Shown piece by piece: positions 13,619-27,055 of a stretch of 64,000 nt of DNA (positions are counted from its first letter, which is position 1; each line of letters starts with the position of its first letter). A program made the translations under genes and the position numbers. This stretch comes from Isurus oxyrinchus (taxonomy: Eukaryota): contig JANJGN010000038.1 of assembly GCA_026770705.1 (NCBI GenBank), positions 9,548,001 to 9,612,000 on the forward strand, read 5' to 3'. The notes beneath the pieces are model-generated. The model ran no database searches, had not been told where the DNA came from, and saw nothing but the letters and a program-made list of their open reading frames with translations.

Positions 13619-13692
13619 GTTTCTGCAGGGCAGTGGTTGTCATGTTTACCTCATATGTGAAGAGTTGCCTCGTTAGAGACTGGCCAGAACCA
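13619..13692 (+). pseudogene. tRNA-Val remnant
   Basis: GTTTCTGCAGGGCAGTGGTTGTCATGTTTACCTCA; shares the Val upstream flank. Confidence 0.6.
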
Positions 13693-14876
13693 TCATCAAA
13701 ACTTGCAGATTGAAGTTTGTTGAAGACAGCAAGATGCGGTCATGTGTCGTGGTCACTGTTTATCCTTCAACTAAGTTTATAAGATCTGCGCATTGTCAAG
13801 TCCCTGGCTTTGTGTGTTTGAGGAGCAGCGATTGGCTGCCGTGCTCCCTGCATGAGAACAATGACTCTCCTTCAGAAAGTACTTCAATAAAAGCAAAATA
13901 CTGGAAATCTGAAATAAAAACATTAAATGCAGGTATAACTCAGCAGGTCTGAGAGCGTCTGTGGAAAACAAAACCTGCTGAGTTTCTCAAGCATTTTCTG
14001 TTTTTATTTCAACAAGTGCTGAATTGGTTTGAAAGTGGTTTCAGACATCCGCTGGTCAGGAATGCGCTGTATAAATGCAAGTCTGTCTTTCCTTAACTAT
14101 CTTTAAATCCCAATCCTGTTGTTACTGACCCCCGTCAGTAGAAACAGTCTCTCCCTATCTGCACCATCAAGCCGCCCGTCCCCACTGCCCCCATCCACCT
14201 CATTTTGGACAGCTCAATGAAATCTCCACTTAAACTTCTTTGCTCTAAAGAGAACAATCCCGGTCTCTATAATCTCTCCACAAAACTGAATTTCCTCAAC
14301 CCTGGAAATGATGCGTCTTGCATTGAGGGATTAAGATGAGATTTTGGAAAATATTATCAGTTAGCAGGTGGCAAAATGGAGAAGGAACCAAAACAGAAAA
14401 CCCAGTCACCAGCTTTGTGAATCTTTAGAAACTCTTTGGGAACCAGAATCAGAGGAGAATGAAGGGTGAACTGTCGGACTGAGCAGAGACAGTCAAGGCA
14501 CCTTTCCCTTCTTTAAGACACAGGAACATTGACTCTGATGTTCTCAGTGAAATTAACTGATCAGAGACATTGAAAGGATTCTCGTTACTGCACATCAGGA
14601 ATTCAAACCTAATTTCGGCTTCGGGACAATCAGAATACTTGGTAACAGTCAAGGAACGCAAAGGCTCGAAGGGAGACGTCACCGGTTGTAGGAGAGCTGG
14701 TTCCCGGTGACATGGATGTCTCTGCAGTGGGTGGGATCAGCCTGTTTCCACGTATCCACAATGAATGCTCCCCTCTTTATTTTTGGAAGAGTGAAACTGG
14801 AAGAGACAATTGTCATTCCGGTAGCAGCAATCTGAAGATTTTACTGACTGATATCCTGCTTAAAGTCTCTTCATCA

Positions 14877-14893
14877 GTCTCTGTGGCGCAATT

Positions 14894-14933
<40 letters not shown>

Positions 14934-14950
14934 GAGACCACCCAGGGACG
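14877..14950 (+). tRNA. trnN-GTT: tRNA-Asn(GTT), intact
   Basis: Near-perfect vertebrate tRNA-Asn: stems pair, A and B boxes intact, TTTTT Pol III terminator about 11 bp downstream. Confidence 0.96.
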
Positions 14951-15814
14951 AAATATCCCCCTTTTTCCCCCATCAGCCTTCATTGTCACTCAGTTCCCGA
15001 TTGTCATTGCCTACTTGAACTGAATGCCAAGACGCCGGAAATCTTGCCGGCTCCACTGTTATCCAGTGAGCTCCCTGGTAAGCGGCTTTTTTTCGAATAT
15101 TAATTTCAAATATAATGAGAAAGCATTAAGACCTACCATGCACTGATATCCAACACACTGAAAATTTATGAAGTTATTGGATTCAAACAAACCCATCAAT
15201 GATTCTCTCTTCCTCAGCTCCACAGTAAGTGAGACAGGGAAAAGCAGCAATATTCCGGCCCCGCACTCTCCAATCACCCGCTGCCAGCAGAAAGCAGCGA
15301 CTGCAGCTTCAATCAGCGGGTTACTGCCCATTCCTGGGACACAAGATACTCCAACCCGGGGCAAACCTCCCAACACACCGAGCACAGGCTCAGGAACACA
15401 CAGGTACATTATATCCCGGTACAATGTACGAGGTATAAAAACTCGCAACAAAATTTACAGAATTTCTGAGTCACAAATAAAAGTCACACAAACTTTCTAA
15501 ATCGTTTCACTGTCAAATTCCTTCATTTTATTGAAAAGCTGACTGTTGGGAATCTGAAAATGAGCACCATGGGATTTATGTTACCGAGTGACTTGTTTTC
15601 CACTGATTATCCTTCAGTTTTGCAATTCAAACTGTGTTGGATATTGAAGCGATTCTGATTTCAAAATGAGGTCACAAAGCAGCTAAATATTAAATCCAGA
15701 AACAAATCCTGAGGAAAATGGATCACAATGTTTGGAACGAGGTGCATCTGAGAAGTGGACGCTGTGAATGATGCTATTGACGACTGAATGGAAGGCACTG
15801 GGGCCTTGGTCAAA

Positions 15815-15894
15815 AATCGTGTCCCAGTGGTGAAAACGATGCTGTTAAAATCCATTGGGGTTTCCCCAGGAAAATTCCAATCTTACCGACTGTG
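15815..15894 (+). pseudogene. tRNA-Ser remnant
   Basis: AAATCCATTGGGGTTTCCCC...AATCTTACCGACTGTG. Confidence 0.55.
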
Positions 15895-16432
15895 CTTCTG
15901 ATTTCAACCAGGTGTCCACAGAACTCTCGGACCAATGGAAGAAAAAACATCCAAAAATTTCTCCTGATTTTTGGAGTCTAAGGGAACGAAGAGCGATCGG
16001 GATCGGGTGGGAATTTGGTCTTGAAGCTGGAGATTCGCCATGATCTTATAAAGTGACGGTGGAGGCTTGAGGGGCCTTATGAAGTATTGTTGCTGCTTTG
16101 ATTCTGTTCTATTTGAGTAGCAATGCTAGGCAAGGCCATGGGCAGTAATAATGAAGCTCGGTTTCAAATACCACTTCCACTGCTGCTAAAATTGCCCGAT
16201 TGGTCGAAAAAGTGGCAGCTCACACTTAAAGCAGGTGTGTGCGGTGTTTCACTTTAACAGAAATTCTGAGAGACAATAAAATATAAATGGCTGTGGAGAA
16301 AAGGCGGGGCTGTTGAATTAGCTGTGAAACTTGTGCAGGACAGATATTCGTCTCCAGCTCTTTCTGCCAGTCCATGTCAATTAGCTGCTTGGTGCAAACG
16401 CAGTCAGATGGTGAGAACGTAAAGCAGAACGT

Positions 16433-16610
16433 AAAAAACAAAAAAACTGCAGATGCTGGAAATCCAAAACAAAAACAGAATTACCTGGAAAAACTCAGCA
16501 GGTCTGAGAACAAGTTCTGTCGAAGGGTCATGAGGACTCGAAACGTCAACTCTTTTCTTCTTCGCCGATGCGGCCAGACCTGCTGAGTTTTTCCAGGTAA
16601 TTCTGTTTTT
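16433..16610. mobile_element. Miniature Penelope-derived insertion with inverted arms around a hammerhead motif
   Basis: Inverted repeat of about 38 bp (16470-16507 and 16575-16612); 14-bp direct repeat/TSD GTAAAGCAGAACGT; empty site in the paralogue near 2210-2240. Confidence 0.9.
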
Positions 16611-17456
16611 GTAAAGCAGAACGTGATCGGTTTACAGATAGCAGCGTACAGAGACACCAGGATCTTCCTGATTCGCCCAAGTACTGATTACAGGTATGTG
16701 CACAGTGCCAATTATCCACAATCACACTTCCCTTCCAATCTTGTCCTAGTTGTTCAGCTTTGAAAATGCAAATATTTTCACATTGGATTTCAATGTAAAG
16801 AAAGCAGAGCTGTGATAAGCTTGTATAGTTCAGCAGATGTACTGCAAGAAGTTACATAAAAGGCTGATGATAACAGTACACTTGGGACACGGTGAGCTCC
16901 AGTGAAGGATCGGCACCATTAATGTGTCGCTCATTTATTCTCGTGACTAATCTCGTGCTGGAAATGACAAGAAAACTCGCTGAATTTGCTCCGTGTTTTG
17001 GTTTCAAAAGAGCCGAATACAAGGTAAGAAAGTACAACTCGCTTGAGTGGGTTATAAAATGGAAGAATGACCCGTGCTGTTGGGAAACATAAAATTGTAC
17101 AAATTTGCAGCACAGAAAGTGGCCATTCGGCCTGGCGTGCTGCTGTCAAAGAGCAGTAGTGCTTGGTTGATCCATCAGGAGTGATACTTATGTCAGTGCA
17201 AACAGTAGGCAGCAACATTTGCCCTTCTCCCACCCATATTTTGCCTGGCGCCGCCATCTGTGTGGTCAGTGCTTTGCACCCAGCCCTTCTCTTGTCCTTC
17301 TTTCACTCCACTTCTTTGTTCTCGACTTGTCCAAATATGACACTTCCAACTCTGTGGCGAAACTTCAACTATCACCCACTGATTCCGGTGGAGCTGTTGA
17401 ATGGTTTCCATCAATAACTAATTAATACTGATTTTAACAAGATAAAAAAATCTACA

Positions 17457-17528
17457 TTCCCTGATTGGGAATCAAACTCAGGCTACTGCTGATAAAGTGC
17501 TGAATCCTGACCACTCGACCACCGGGGA
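17457..17528 (-). pseudogene. tRNA-Glu pseudogene
   Basis: Reverse complement TCCCCGGTGGTCGAGTGGTCAGGATTC...GATTCCCAATCAGGGAA. Confidence 0.8.
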
Positions 17529-17539
17529 AGCTACTGTCT

Positions 17540-19945
17540 TAATTTCTCTGTTCCTTTCACCCACTGTTAACTGCCTCTCTCTGAATTTGCTGCACTCCGT
17601 TCTCCCAGGTTCAGCCCTGACATTGACATCAAACCTGCTGACAAGGATGGTGCTGTTGTTTTCTGGTGCACTAATCTCTACCTCACAGAGGCTGAGCGTC
17701 AACTCGCAGACACTTCCTCCTACCTGCCCCTGGACCATGACCCCACCACTGAACATGAAGCCATTGTTTTCAGGCCTGTTACTGACCTCATCTCCTCTGG
17801 GGACCTTCCTCCCACAGCTTCCAACCTCAAAGTATCACAACCTTGGACGGCCCACTTATACCTCCTTCCCAAAATCCACAATCAGGACTGTCCCGGCAGA
17901 CCGAACACGTCAGCCTGTCCTACCACACGGAATTAATTTATTGCTATCTTGACTCCATTCTCTCTCCCCTTGTCCAGTCCCTTCCCACCTACATCCATGA
18001 TTCCTCTGACAGCCTATATCATATCATCAATTTCCAGTTCCCTGGCCCTAATCACCTTCTCTTCACCATGGACGTAAATCCCTCTACACCTCAATCCCCT
18101 ACCGGGATGCTTTGAGGGCTCTCCCCTTCTTCCTCAATCAGAGGCTCGAACAATCCCCATCCACCACTACTATCCACTGCCAGGCTTAACTTGTTCTCAC
18201 ACTGAACAATTTCTCCTTAAACTCCTCTCACGTCCTCCAAATAAAAGATTTGGCTATGGGTACCCGCATGGGCCCCAGCTATGCCTGTGTATTATGGGGT
18301 ATGTGGAACATTCCTTGTTCCAGTCCTACTCCGGCCTCCTCCCACAACTATTTCTCCGGTACATCGATGATTGCTTCGGTGCTGCTTTATGCTCTTGTCT
18401 GGACCTGGAAAAATTTATTAACTTTGCTGCCAATTTCCAACCCTCCATCATTTTCATATGCTTTATTCCTGACACTTCACTTCCCTTCCTTGACCTCTGT
18501 ACCTCAATTTCTGGTGATAGACTGTCCACCAATATTCATTACAAGCCCACCGACTCCCACAGCTACCTCGACTACAGCTCCTCACACCCCGCTTCCTGTA
18601 AGGACTCCATCCCATTCTCTCAGTTCCTTCGCCTCCATCGCATCTGTTCTGATGTTGCCACTTTCAAAAACAGTTCCTCTGACATGTCTTCCTTCTTCCT
18701 TAACCGAGGTTTTCCACCCACGGTGATTGACAGGGCCCTCAACAGTGTCCGGCCCATCTCTCATGCATCCGCCCTCATACCTTCTTCTCTCTCCCAGAAA
18801 CATGATAGGGTCCCCCTTGTCCTCACTTATCACCCCACTAGCCTCCTCATTCAAAGGATCATCCTCCGCCATTTCCATCAACTCCAGCATGATGCCACCA
18901 CCAAACACATCTTCCCTTCACCCCAACCCGGCGGCATTCCGTAGGGATCATTCCCTCCGGGACACCCTGGTCCACTTCTCCATCACCCCCTACACCTCAA
19001 CCCCCTCCCACGGCACCTTCCCATGCAACTGCAAAAAGTGCAACACCTGCCCCTTTACTTCCCCCCTCCTCAACGTCCAAGGGCCAAAGTATTACTTTCA
19101 AGTGAAGCAGCAGTTCACTTGCACTTCCCTCAATTTAGTCTACTGCATTTGATGCTCCCAATGCGGTTTCCTCTACACTGGAGAGACAAAACACAGACTG
19201 GGTGACCGCTTTGCAGAACACCTTCAGTCTGTCTGCGAGCATGACCAAGAACTCCCTGTCACTTGCTATTTCAACACACCACCCTGCCGTCATGCGTACA
19301 TGTCCATTGTTGGCTTGCTGCTTTGTTCCAGTGAAGCCGAACACAAACTAGAGGAACAGCACTTCATCTTCCGACTAGGTACTTTACAGCCTTCCGGACT
19401 GAATGTTGAGTTCAAAAAACTTTAGATCATGAACTCTCTCCTCCATTCCCATCCCCTTTCCCATCCCACTTTATTTCCAACAATTTATATATTTTTTTTC
19501 TGTTCCCACCTATTTCCTTTATTTTTAAAATATTTCCATCCGTTGTTTTATCTCTACCTTTTAGCCTATTTCGTTCCCTTCCCCCCACCCCAACCCACTA
19601 GAGCTATCTCTACCTTGCTCGTCCTGATTTCTACCCTTAATGTCACCCATTAGCACATTTCTTAGCTCATAACACCACCGTCAACATCTCTTTGTCCTCT
19701 TGTCTATGACATCTCTTCTTTGCCTCCGCCTATCACTGGTCCCTCTATCCAACGCAACCTGCCCCAGCCCCCAATACCAGCTTATATTTCACCGCATTTC
19801 TCTATTTCCTTCATTCCGAAGAAGAGTCACACGGACTCGAAACATCAACTGTATTCCTCTCCACAGATGCTGTCAGGCCTGCTGGGTTTTTCCAGGTATT
19901 TTTGTTTTTGTTTCAGATATCCAGCATCCGCAGTAATTTGCTTTT
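17540..19945 (+). mobile_element. Penelope-like retroelement (RT plus GIY-YIG, Neptune-like), disrupted
   Basis: RT motifs LFTMDV, AMGTRMGPSYA, FLRYIDD and LPFLD; Cys-rich linker CNCKKCNTC; GIY-YIG; 3' terminal repeat; frameshifts and stops. Confidence 0.95.
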
Positions 19946-20399
19946 ATCTGAGAGAGAGAGAAAAAAATCAATACGTTTCAGTGAGTTAGACGCTGTCTCA
20001 GATAGAGATATCACAGACATTAAGTGAATGTGGTGACAAACGTGCCCGTCTTAGCAAAGAATTGGTTGGTATGACATGGATTTCTAAACAAGACCACACA
20101 ACAGGATATGCTATCAATGAATATTTACATTATTAGACGACCTGCAGTTACAGTTTGAATAAGAGAAAATAAAATAAAATGAAACATTCTGGTGAAGATA
20201 CATGTTATCTTTGTGGAATGACGCAACATGATTTCTTTTCACACACACACACAGAACAAGTGATGTCTCATATATAATACTGTTGGTTGTCATGAAACTG
20301 AGTATTAGGAGCTGCACGGAGCAAACAGTCAAAACCTGTCGTTTTAGGCCAAAGTCAGAGGCCCATTTCTAACTCAACGTTCACCTTATAGATTCATAG

Positions 20400-21670
20400 A
20401 AAAGTGTAGTAACAACAGAGACAGAGCCTGGTGTGGAAATTACTAAGACAGGGCCTAGTGCAATTTAAGCAGAGGCATGACTAGAGAAGCCATCTAATGT
20501 TACTTAAGCAAAGACCTGACCTAATGCACGAATAACAGGGGGGGGGACGTGTGCGATATTAACATGGACAAGGTCTACTGCTGTAATAGCGGAGATGGGT
20601 CTGGTGCAATAGTTACCGATACAGGGCCTGGATCAACATCAAGTGAAATAGTTTAGTTATTACAGGCACAGGACACAGAGTAATTGCTTCCCAGAGAGAG
20701 TCTCAGGCCGTAATATCGGAGACTGCCACCAGTGTAAGAAAGACAGACATGATCTGGTGGAGTAAAAACAGGGAAAGGGAGAGTGGAATAGAAACAGAGA
20801 CAGAGGTACAAAGACAAAGTCTCTGCAAAGACAGGATCCATTTTAATTAACAAGACAGACAAGCTCGAGTGTAATACAGGCTGGTACAATTTCAATTGTT
20901 CTGAAATACGGTCTGGAGGAATTTAAGTGCAGACATGATTGAGTGTGTTATAAGCAGCGCCACGACCTAGTGAAACATAAGTGAGACAGTGCCGAGTGCA
21001 GTAATAATCGAGACAGGATCTTGTGATAACACCTACTGGATCCAGTTTAAGAAAACTGATACACGGTCTAGTGGAGGTTCACATAATTCAGGGGTCTTTT
21101 TAATGTCAACTGACGCAGTGACTGGTGAATTAAATACCGGCAAAGGTACGAGATCAATAAAAACAGAGACATGCACTAGTACAGCAATAAGAGAGACATG
21201 GTATAGGACAATAACAACAGAAACAGAGAAATGTATGATATGAATGGAGACATGTATTGGTGCAGCATCACCTGAGACAGGGTCCAGTTTGATAGACACG
21301 TGGCAGGTTCTATTGGAGTAATAGCTGAGACAGAGTCTTGTTAAATGCAAATAAAAACATGTTCTGGTTTTCTACAACCAGAGACAAGCTCTAGTGCAGT
21401 GCCAACTGGGGCATGGCTTATTGTAACTTTAGCCAAGACCTGCTTCAGTGCAGTCATGACTGAGATAGTGCCAATTGTATTGTGGCCCTAGTCCAGTACA
21501 TAAACAACTGCGACTGAGCCAATTAGATAAACAACTGAGAGATGACCTTTTCTAATATGATCAGAGACAAGTCCTAGTGTAATAGAAACAGAAACGGCAT
21601 CTAAGTTGATATGAACAGAGACAGTGCCAAATGCAGTAATAATTGAGACCGCGTCTGCTTCATGTGATGT
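20400..21670. repeat. Degenerate 27-bp tandem array
   Basis: GAGACA-like cores recur at 27-bp spacing (about 21166, 21193, 21220, 21247, 21274; and 21564, 21591, 21618, 21645). Confidence 0.85.
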
Positions 21671-21789
21671 GAGCAATCACGGTTACACTGCCATCAACTG
21701 GTCAATCCCTGCAACTTCAGGTGTTGTGAAAATGTCGATTACATTTCCTGTTTCTGAGATCAGTGGTCAAAATCAGAAATAATGGAAAA

Positions 21790-21871
21790 CGTAGCCGGCG
21801 GAATTTGAACCTGCGCGGGATAACCCCAATGGATTTCAAGTCTATCGCCTTAACCACTCGGCCACGACTAC
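21790..21871 (-). tRNA. tRNA-Ser(TGA), near-intact but with stem mismatches
   Basis: GTAGTCGTGGCCGAGTGGTTAAGGCGATAGACTTGAAATCCATT...; A-C mismatches in the anticodon and T stems. Confidence 0.6.
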
Positions 21872-23689
21872 AGATGTTGGCATTAAACCTGTATTATATA
21901 TATGAAGTCATAGAATTGTTACAGCAGACAAAGAGGGGCTTCTCCCCGCCCTGTCTCTGTCACAAACTAGCCGGGCATGCACGCGCGTTATTTCCTATGT
22001 GAAAACTCAAGGAGATCAATGTTGTTTCCTCCTGGAGCCTCTGCTTGTTCTGAATTTCAAACTGTGGAAGGTAATCGTCCTACAAAATCCACAAGGTTGC
22101 AATACATTCCTCTCAATCATCAATAACATCATTCAGATCTTCCACTTGTTTGCTGCAACTCCTTCCAAACATTGCAAATTCCCTTGCATCGTTCATCCTA
22201 TTTTTCTCTTTGACATTTGACTATAAAGTTGCACAACGAATGTTAATCTAGTTGGTGTTGGTGAATATGTGTCTATCTCCTCGGGGAACTGAACCATATT
22301 GACACACTTGGAGGAACACACACCGACACATACAACGAGAGTGACAGAGGCCGAAGGAGTGTCAAACACCCAGAAAGTAAAGATGTCACCAACTTGTCCA
22401 ATTATTGTTCCATTTCAGACTCCAAATGTAATGAATATTTGCAGATGAACTGAAGTCAGAAACACGTGGGTGTATGGGTGGTTTAGTTTCTCATTTGACT
22501 GGTAATATATTCTGCAGACAGTTTGTGTCAATCAGGAATGAGAAGAAGGGGAATTGGCAGGATGTGGACTACGTGGAAAAACGCCTGAACCACTCGGCCA
22601 GGACAACTGGGTAAAGGCTGCATGTTGTTTGTTTAAAATAATAGAATAAATACAGCGAGTTCCGGTGAAAGAAAGTCTTCCAGTCCGTGCCACTGTCCCA
22701 CCTTTTCCCAGTCACCCTGGGATTTACACTGTCTCTCCTCATTCTCCCAACTGAAATACAACACTGCACAGCGCAGCTGCTCCTTCACCACACAGAGAAT
22801 CTTTTGGAAGCGCCTCAAACAACAGACCACCAGAAAGTTTGACAGCGGTGAGCGTGAAGTCCAAATCATCAGAGAGATGAAAACCTGAACCAATGGCTGA
22901 GCCCGCTTGGCCTCACTACCACATTCAGATTAGACACAAACATTGTCTTCACCAACATTAACACTGATTTCGAATATTAAAAAAATGATCAGGAATTGGC
23001 CATTCGGCCCCTCGAGCATTCTCAGCTACTTAATAAGATCATGTGCAAACCTCAATCATCCTCCTCTTTGTAACATCCGGACATTTAGTTTCTGAACAGT
23101 CCCTGCTCAAAGAAAAGAGAGAAATGTCTTCTTGCATCTTTTAAAACTGATGCTTTTCCTCTCTCGCACCTTATGATATGAAGCCGCAGAATGAATATGA
23201 ATAATGTTTGGGTGGTAAAAATGGGAAACTGAACCACTTTGACACACACACAGAAATTCACAAATACGCACATTGTTAAGATTTGAAATAGTGAATATTT
23301 TCACACTATCTTTCAATGTGCAGAAAGTGGAGCTGTGATCAACTTACAACTCAGAAGATGTACAGCAAGAATGTATATAACAGGCTGATGCTCACAGTGT
23401 CTGTTGGGACTCGGTGAGCTGCATCCAACGATTTAGACCATTTAATTGTCGTTCAATAAGTCCGGTTCCAAATTCTGTGCTGGAAATGATAAGAAAACTC
23501 GCTGCATTTGCTTATTGTCTTGAATTCAAAGCATCACATGGAAGATAAGAAAGTTAATCTTAACCGTGGTGTTAGGAAACATAAAATGACAGAAAGGTAC
23601 AGCAAATACAGGGGCCATTCGGCCCTGTGTTCTGCTTTCAATGATTGATCTGAATAATCAAAGACATTCGTCATTTAGGAAGAATGATC

Positions 23690-23910
23690 AAAAAGGAAAA
23701 CGAGACAGGGTCAGGAACGAGATCGGTACATTAGTGACAGAGGATCTTAGATTGAAGGATCAAGCTGTTAAAAAGGTTTGGGTGAAGCTAAGAAACAGTA
23801 AGAGGCAACAAACATTGGTGGGAGTTGTTTATAGGCCACCAAACTGTAGTGGGAATGTTGGCGTGGGATAAATCAGGAAATTAGAGCTGCATGTGACATG
23901 GGTAATACAG
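23690..23910 (+). mobile_element. CR1 endonuclease fragment
   Basis: VWVKLRNSKRQQTLVGVVYRPP. Confidence 0.8.
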
Positions 23911-24950
23911 GAATAATATTCTGCCTTGCACCACCAGCCCTATAGTCAGTGCTTTGTAACCTAACACAGTCCTTCTCTTTTATTTTCACCCCCTCACTCC
24001 GACTCTGGGTTTAATCCTGAGTTTTGCCCTTGTGACATTTCCAGCTCTGATGTGAAACTCCCACTCTCACTCCACCAATTCTAGCAGAGCTAAACCGTGT
24101 TATTTTCAACCAGCAAATCAATCACATTGACTTGAACAGCTCGCCCAGGAGGAATAAGTTTCAATCCCTAACCAGGGATCAAACGCAGGCTGTACTTATA
24201 AACTTGCCGCATTCTAATCACTCACCCAGCAGTTGGACACATGGGAGCTGCTTTTGGCATTTTTATATTCCAGATCTCTTTCAGCAATGACAAGTTTCTT
24301 TGGCCAACTGGTCTGTGTCGTTTGAACACAAGTGTCCTCTTCAGCCAATGAGAACAAACCGTTCGCTGGAACATGAAATCGATACTTTCCTGCTTTAAGA
24401 CAGTTCTTAAAGCCTCCCCCTTTGACTGAGATTTTAGTCATCTGACCGAATATGTGGCTCAATGTCACACTTTATGATAAAATGCTCCTGAGAAACGCCT
24501 TGTGACGTTTCATTCGGAAAAAGGAGCTTTCTAAATATAAGTTGTTATTGTAGTCCATACACAGAAAGAGACAAAGTCGTCTTCCCTCTTTCATCCCGAT
24601 ATTTTTCACTGCAAAATTGAAATGTGAAGTTGCACAACTAATGTGAATATAATTTGTGCTCTTAGAAATGTGTTCAGCTTCCCAGGGAACTGAACCGCAT
24701 TGACCCACACAGAGGAACACACACAGAGATATACACCGAGAGTGTCAGAGGCCGAAGGGGAGACAAATGCCAGAGTGAAATCACGTCACCAAATTGGCTC
24801 CGTTTTGTTTTCCATTTCCGACTGGAGATTTGCAGAAGGCTGACAAATGAATGGAAATAAGAGAACACGGATGTGTTTGGATCGCTTTTCCTCAATTCAA
24901 ACGATAATCAGCTCTGTCTGTGCGCGATTAAAATCCCAGATAATGAGAAA

Positions 24951-25032
24951 CATGGCCGGCAGGATTCGAACCTGCGCGGGGTAACGCAAATGAATTTCTA
25001 ATCCATCGCCTCAACCACTCGGCCACGACTAC
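24951..25032 (-). pseudogene. tRNA-Ser(AGA), degenerate
   Basis: Full-length match with intact B box GGTTCGAATCC, but mismatches in the acceptor, anticodon and variable arms. Confidence 0.75.
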
Positions 25033-25204
25033 AGAAGCTACTCTCATACTGTTATTACGTGTATGAAATCATGCAATGGTTACAGCGGAGAAAAAAATAT
25101 TTCTGCCCGTCCTGTCACTCCCATTACCTGACCTTTTCCCCAAAACCATGCAATTTATCCTGTCTCTCCTCGTTCTTCCGACAAAACTGGGAATGAAAGA
25201 GTGA

Positions 25205-26545
25205 GAATGATCCAACCCGGCCACTTACCACCCCATCAGCCTACTCTCTATCATCAGCAAGGTAATGGAAGGGATCATCAACAGTGCTATCAAGCAGCAC
25301 TGACTTAGCAGTAACCTGCTCACTGATGCCCAGCTTTGGTTCCACAAGGACCACTCAGCTCCTGATCTCATTACAGCCTTGGTTCAAATATAAACAAAAG
25401 AGCTGAACTCCCGAGATGAGGTGAGATCAGCATTTGACCGAGTGTGGCATCAAGGTGCCCGAGCACAACTGGAGTCAGTGGGAATCAGGGGGAAACTCTC
25501 GGCTTGTTGGAGTCATACCGAGCACAAAGGAAGATGGTTGTGGTTGCTGGAGGTCAGTCATCTTATCTCCAGGACATCGCTGCAGGAGTTCCTTAGGGTA
25601 GTGTCCTCGGTCCAACCATCTTCAGCAATAAACTTCCATCCATCATAAGGTCAGAAGTGGCGAAGTTAGCTGATGATTGCACAATGTTCAGCACCATACC
25701 CGACTCCTCAGATACTGAAGCAGTCCATGCCCAAATGCAGTAAGACCTGGACAATATTCAGGCTTGAGCTGACAAATGGCAAGTAACATTCGCACCCCAC
25801 CAGTGTCAGGCAATGACCATCTCCAACACGAGAGAATCCAACCATTGCCTCTTGATGTTCAATGGCATTACCATCACTGAATCCCTCACTATCAACATTC
25901 TGGGGGTTCCCATTGACCAGGAACTGAACTGGACTAGCCATATAAACACTGTGGCTACAAGACCAGATCAGAGGTTAGGAATCGTGCAACATGTAACTCA
26001 CTTCCTGACTCCCCAAAGCCTGTCTACCATCTACAAGGCACAAGTTAGGAGTGTAATTGAATACTCCACACTTGTTTGGATGAGTGCAGCCCCCGCAACA
26101 CTGAAGAAGCTGGACACCGTCCAGGGCAAAGCAGTCCACTTGACTGGCACCACATCCACATTCACTCCCTTCACCACCGATGCATAGTAGCAGCAGTGTG
26201 TACCATCTACAGGATGTATTGGAGGTATTCACCAAGGCTGCTTAGACAGTAGCGTCCAAACCCACGACCATTCCCAGCTAGAAGGACAAGGGCAGCAGAT
26301 AGATAGGAACACCATCACCTTCAATTAACTCACTATCCTGACTTGGAAATATATCACCGTTCCTTCACTGTCACTGGGTCAAAATCCTGGAACTCCCTTC
26401 CTAACAGCACTATGGGCATACCTACACATCATGGACTGCAGTGGTTCAAGAAGGTAAACCACCTTCCCAAGGGCAATTAGGGAGGGCAATAAATGCTGAC
26501 CCAGACAGCAAAGTCCACATCATGTGAATGAATAAAAAAAAAAAT
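25205..26545 (+). mobile_element. Non-LTR retrotransposon RT 3' fragment (CR1/L2 superclade)
   Basis: AFDRVWH, GVP-GSVLGP, ADD and IYKAQVRS motifs; ends GAATAAAAAAAAAA. Confidence 0.9.
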
Positions 26546-26983
26546 CCAGGTTTACTTGCAAATTATATTGCCTTGAACTTCTAACCAACGTAAAGCACTG
26601 CAAATGTCAGTGCCTGGAGCAAGGCTGACGTAATTGCTCATGTGAGGGACCACCTGAAGCTTTCAATATTGGTTTTCTTCACACCGATTTCCAAATGGGA
26701 ATTGTTCAATGGCTTGAAAGTGAAAAAAAATGTTAAGGAGAAAGAGAACGAAATTGTCATTAATTATGATGCTCTTTGTACAAAACTGACATAGATACGA
26801 TGGGTGGAAGGTCCTGTTACTGCGCTGTGCCATTTGATGATGACATTGTTGATCAGTCTGTCTCCAGCATTCCTAATGAGAACAGCCGAATTCCATTTCT
26901 TCAAAACAAAGACCCAAAGTGCTGCTGCATGACGTCACAGCTTTACATTCCAGACAGCTCCATTGGGATCTTTACAGCGCAGG

Positions 26984-27055
26984 GTTTATAGAGGCGAGTG
27001 GTGTCATATTCACTTCACATATGATGGAGCTGCGGTTTGATACCTGGCAAGAGCA
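26984..27055 (+). pseudogene. tRNA-Val remnant
   Basis: Paralogous to the 13619 copy, including the upstream flank. Confidence 0.5.

Noticed and set aside
17457-17528. tRNA-Glu copy whose anticodon position reads TTA (ochre suppressor-like)
   Set aside because: The anticodon stem has two mismatches and the B box is mutated, consistent with pseudogene decay
17528-17560. Penelope element starting immediately beside a tRNA-Glu gene (possible tRNA targeting)
   Set aside because: Single case; other PLE copies in the window lie at unrelated sites
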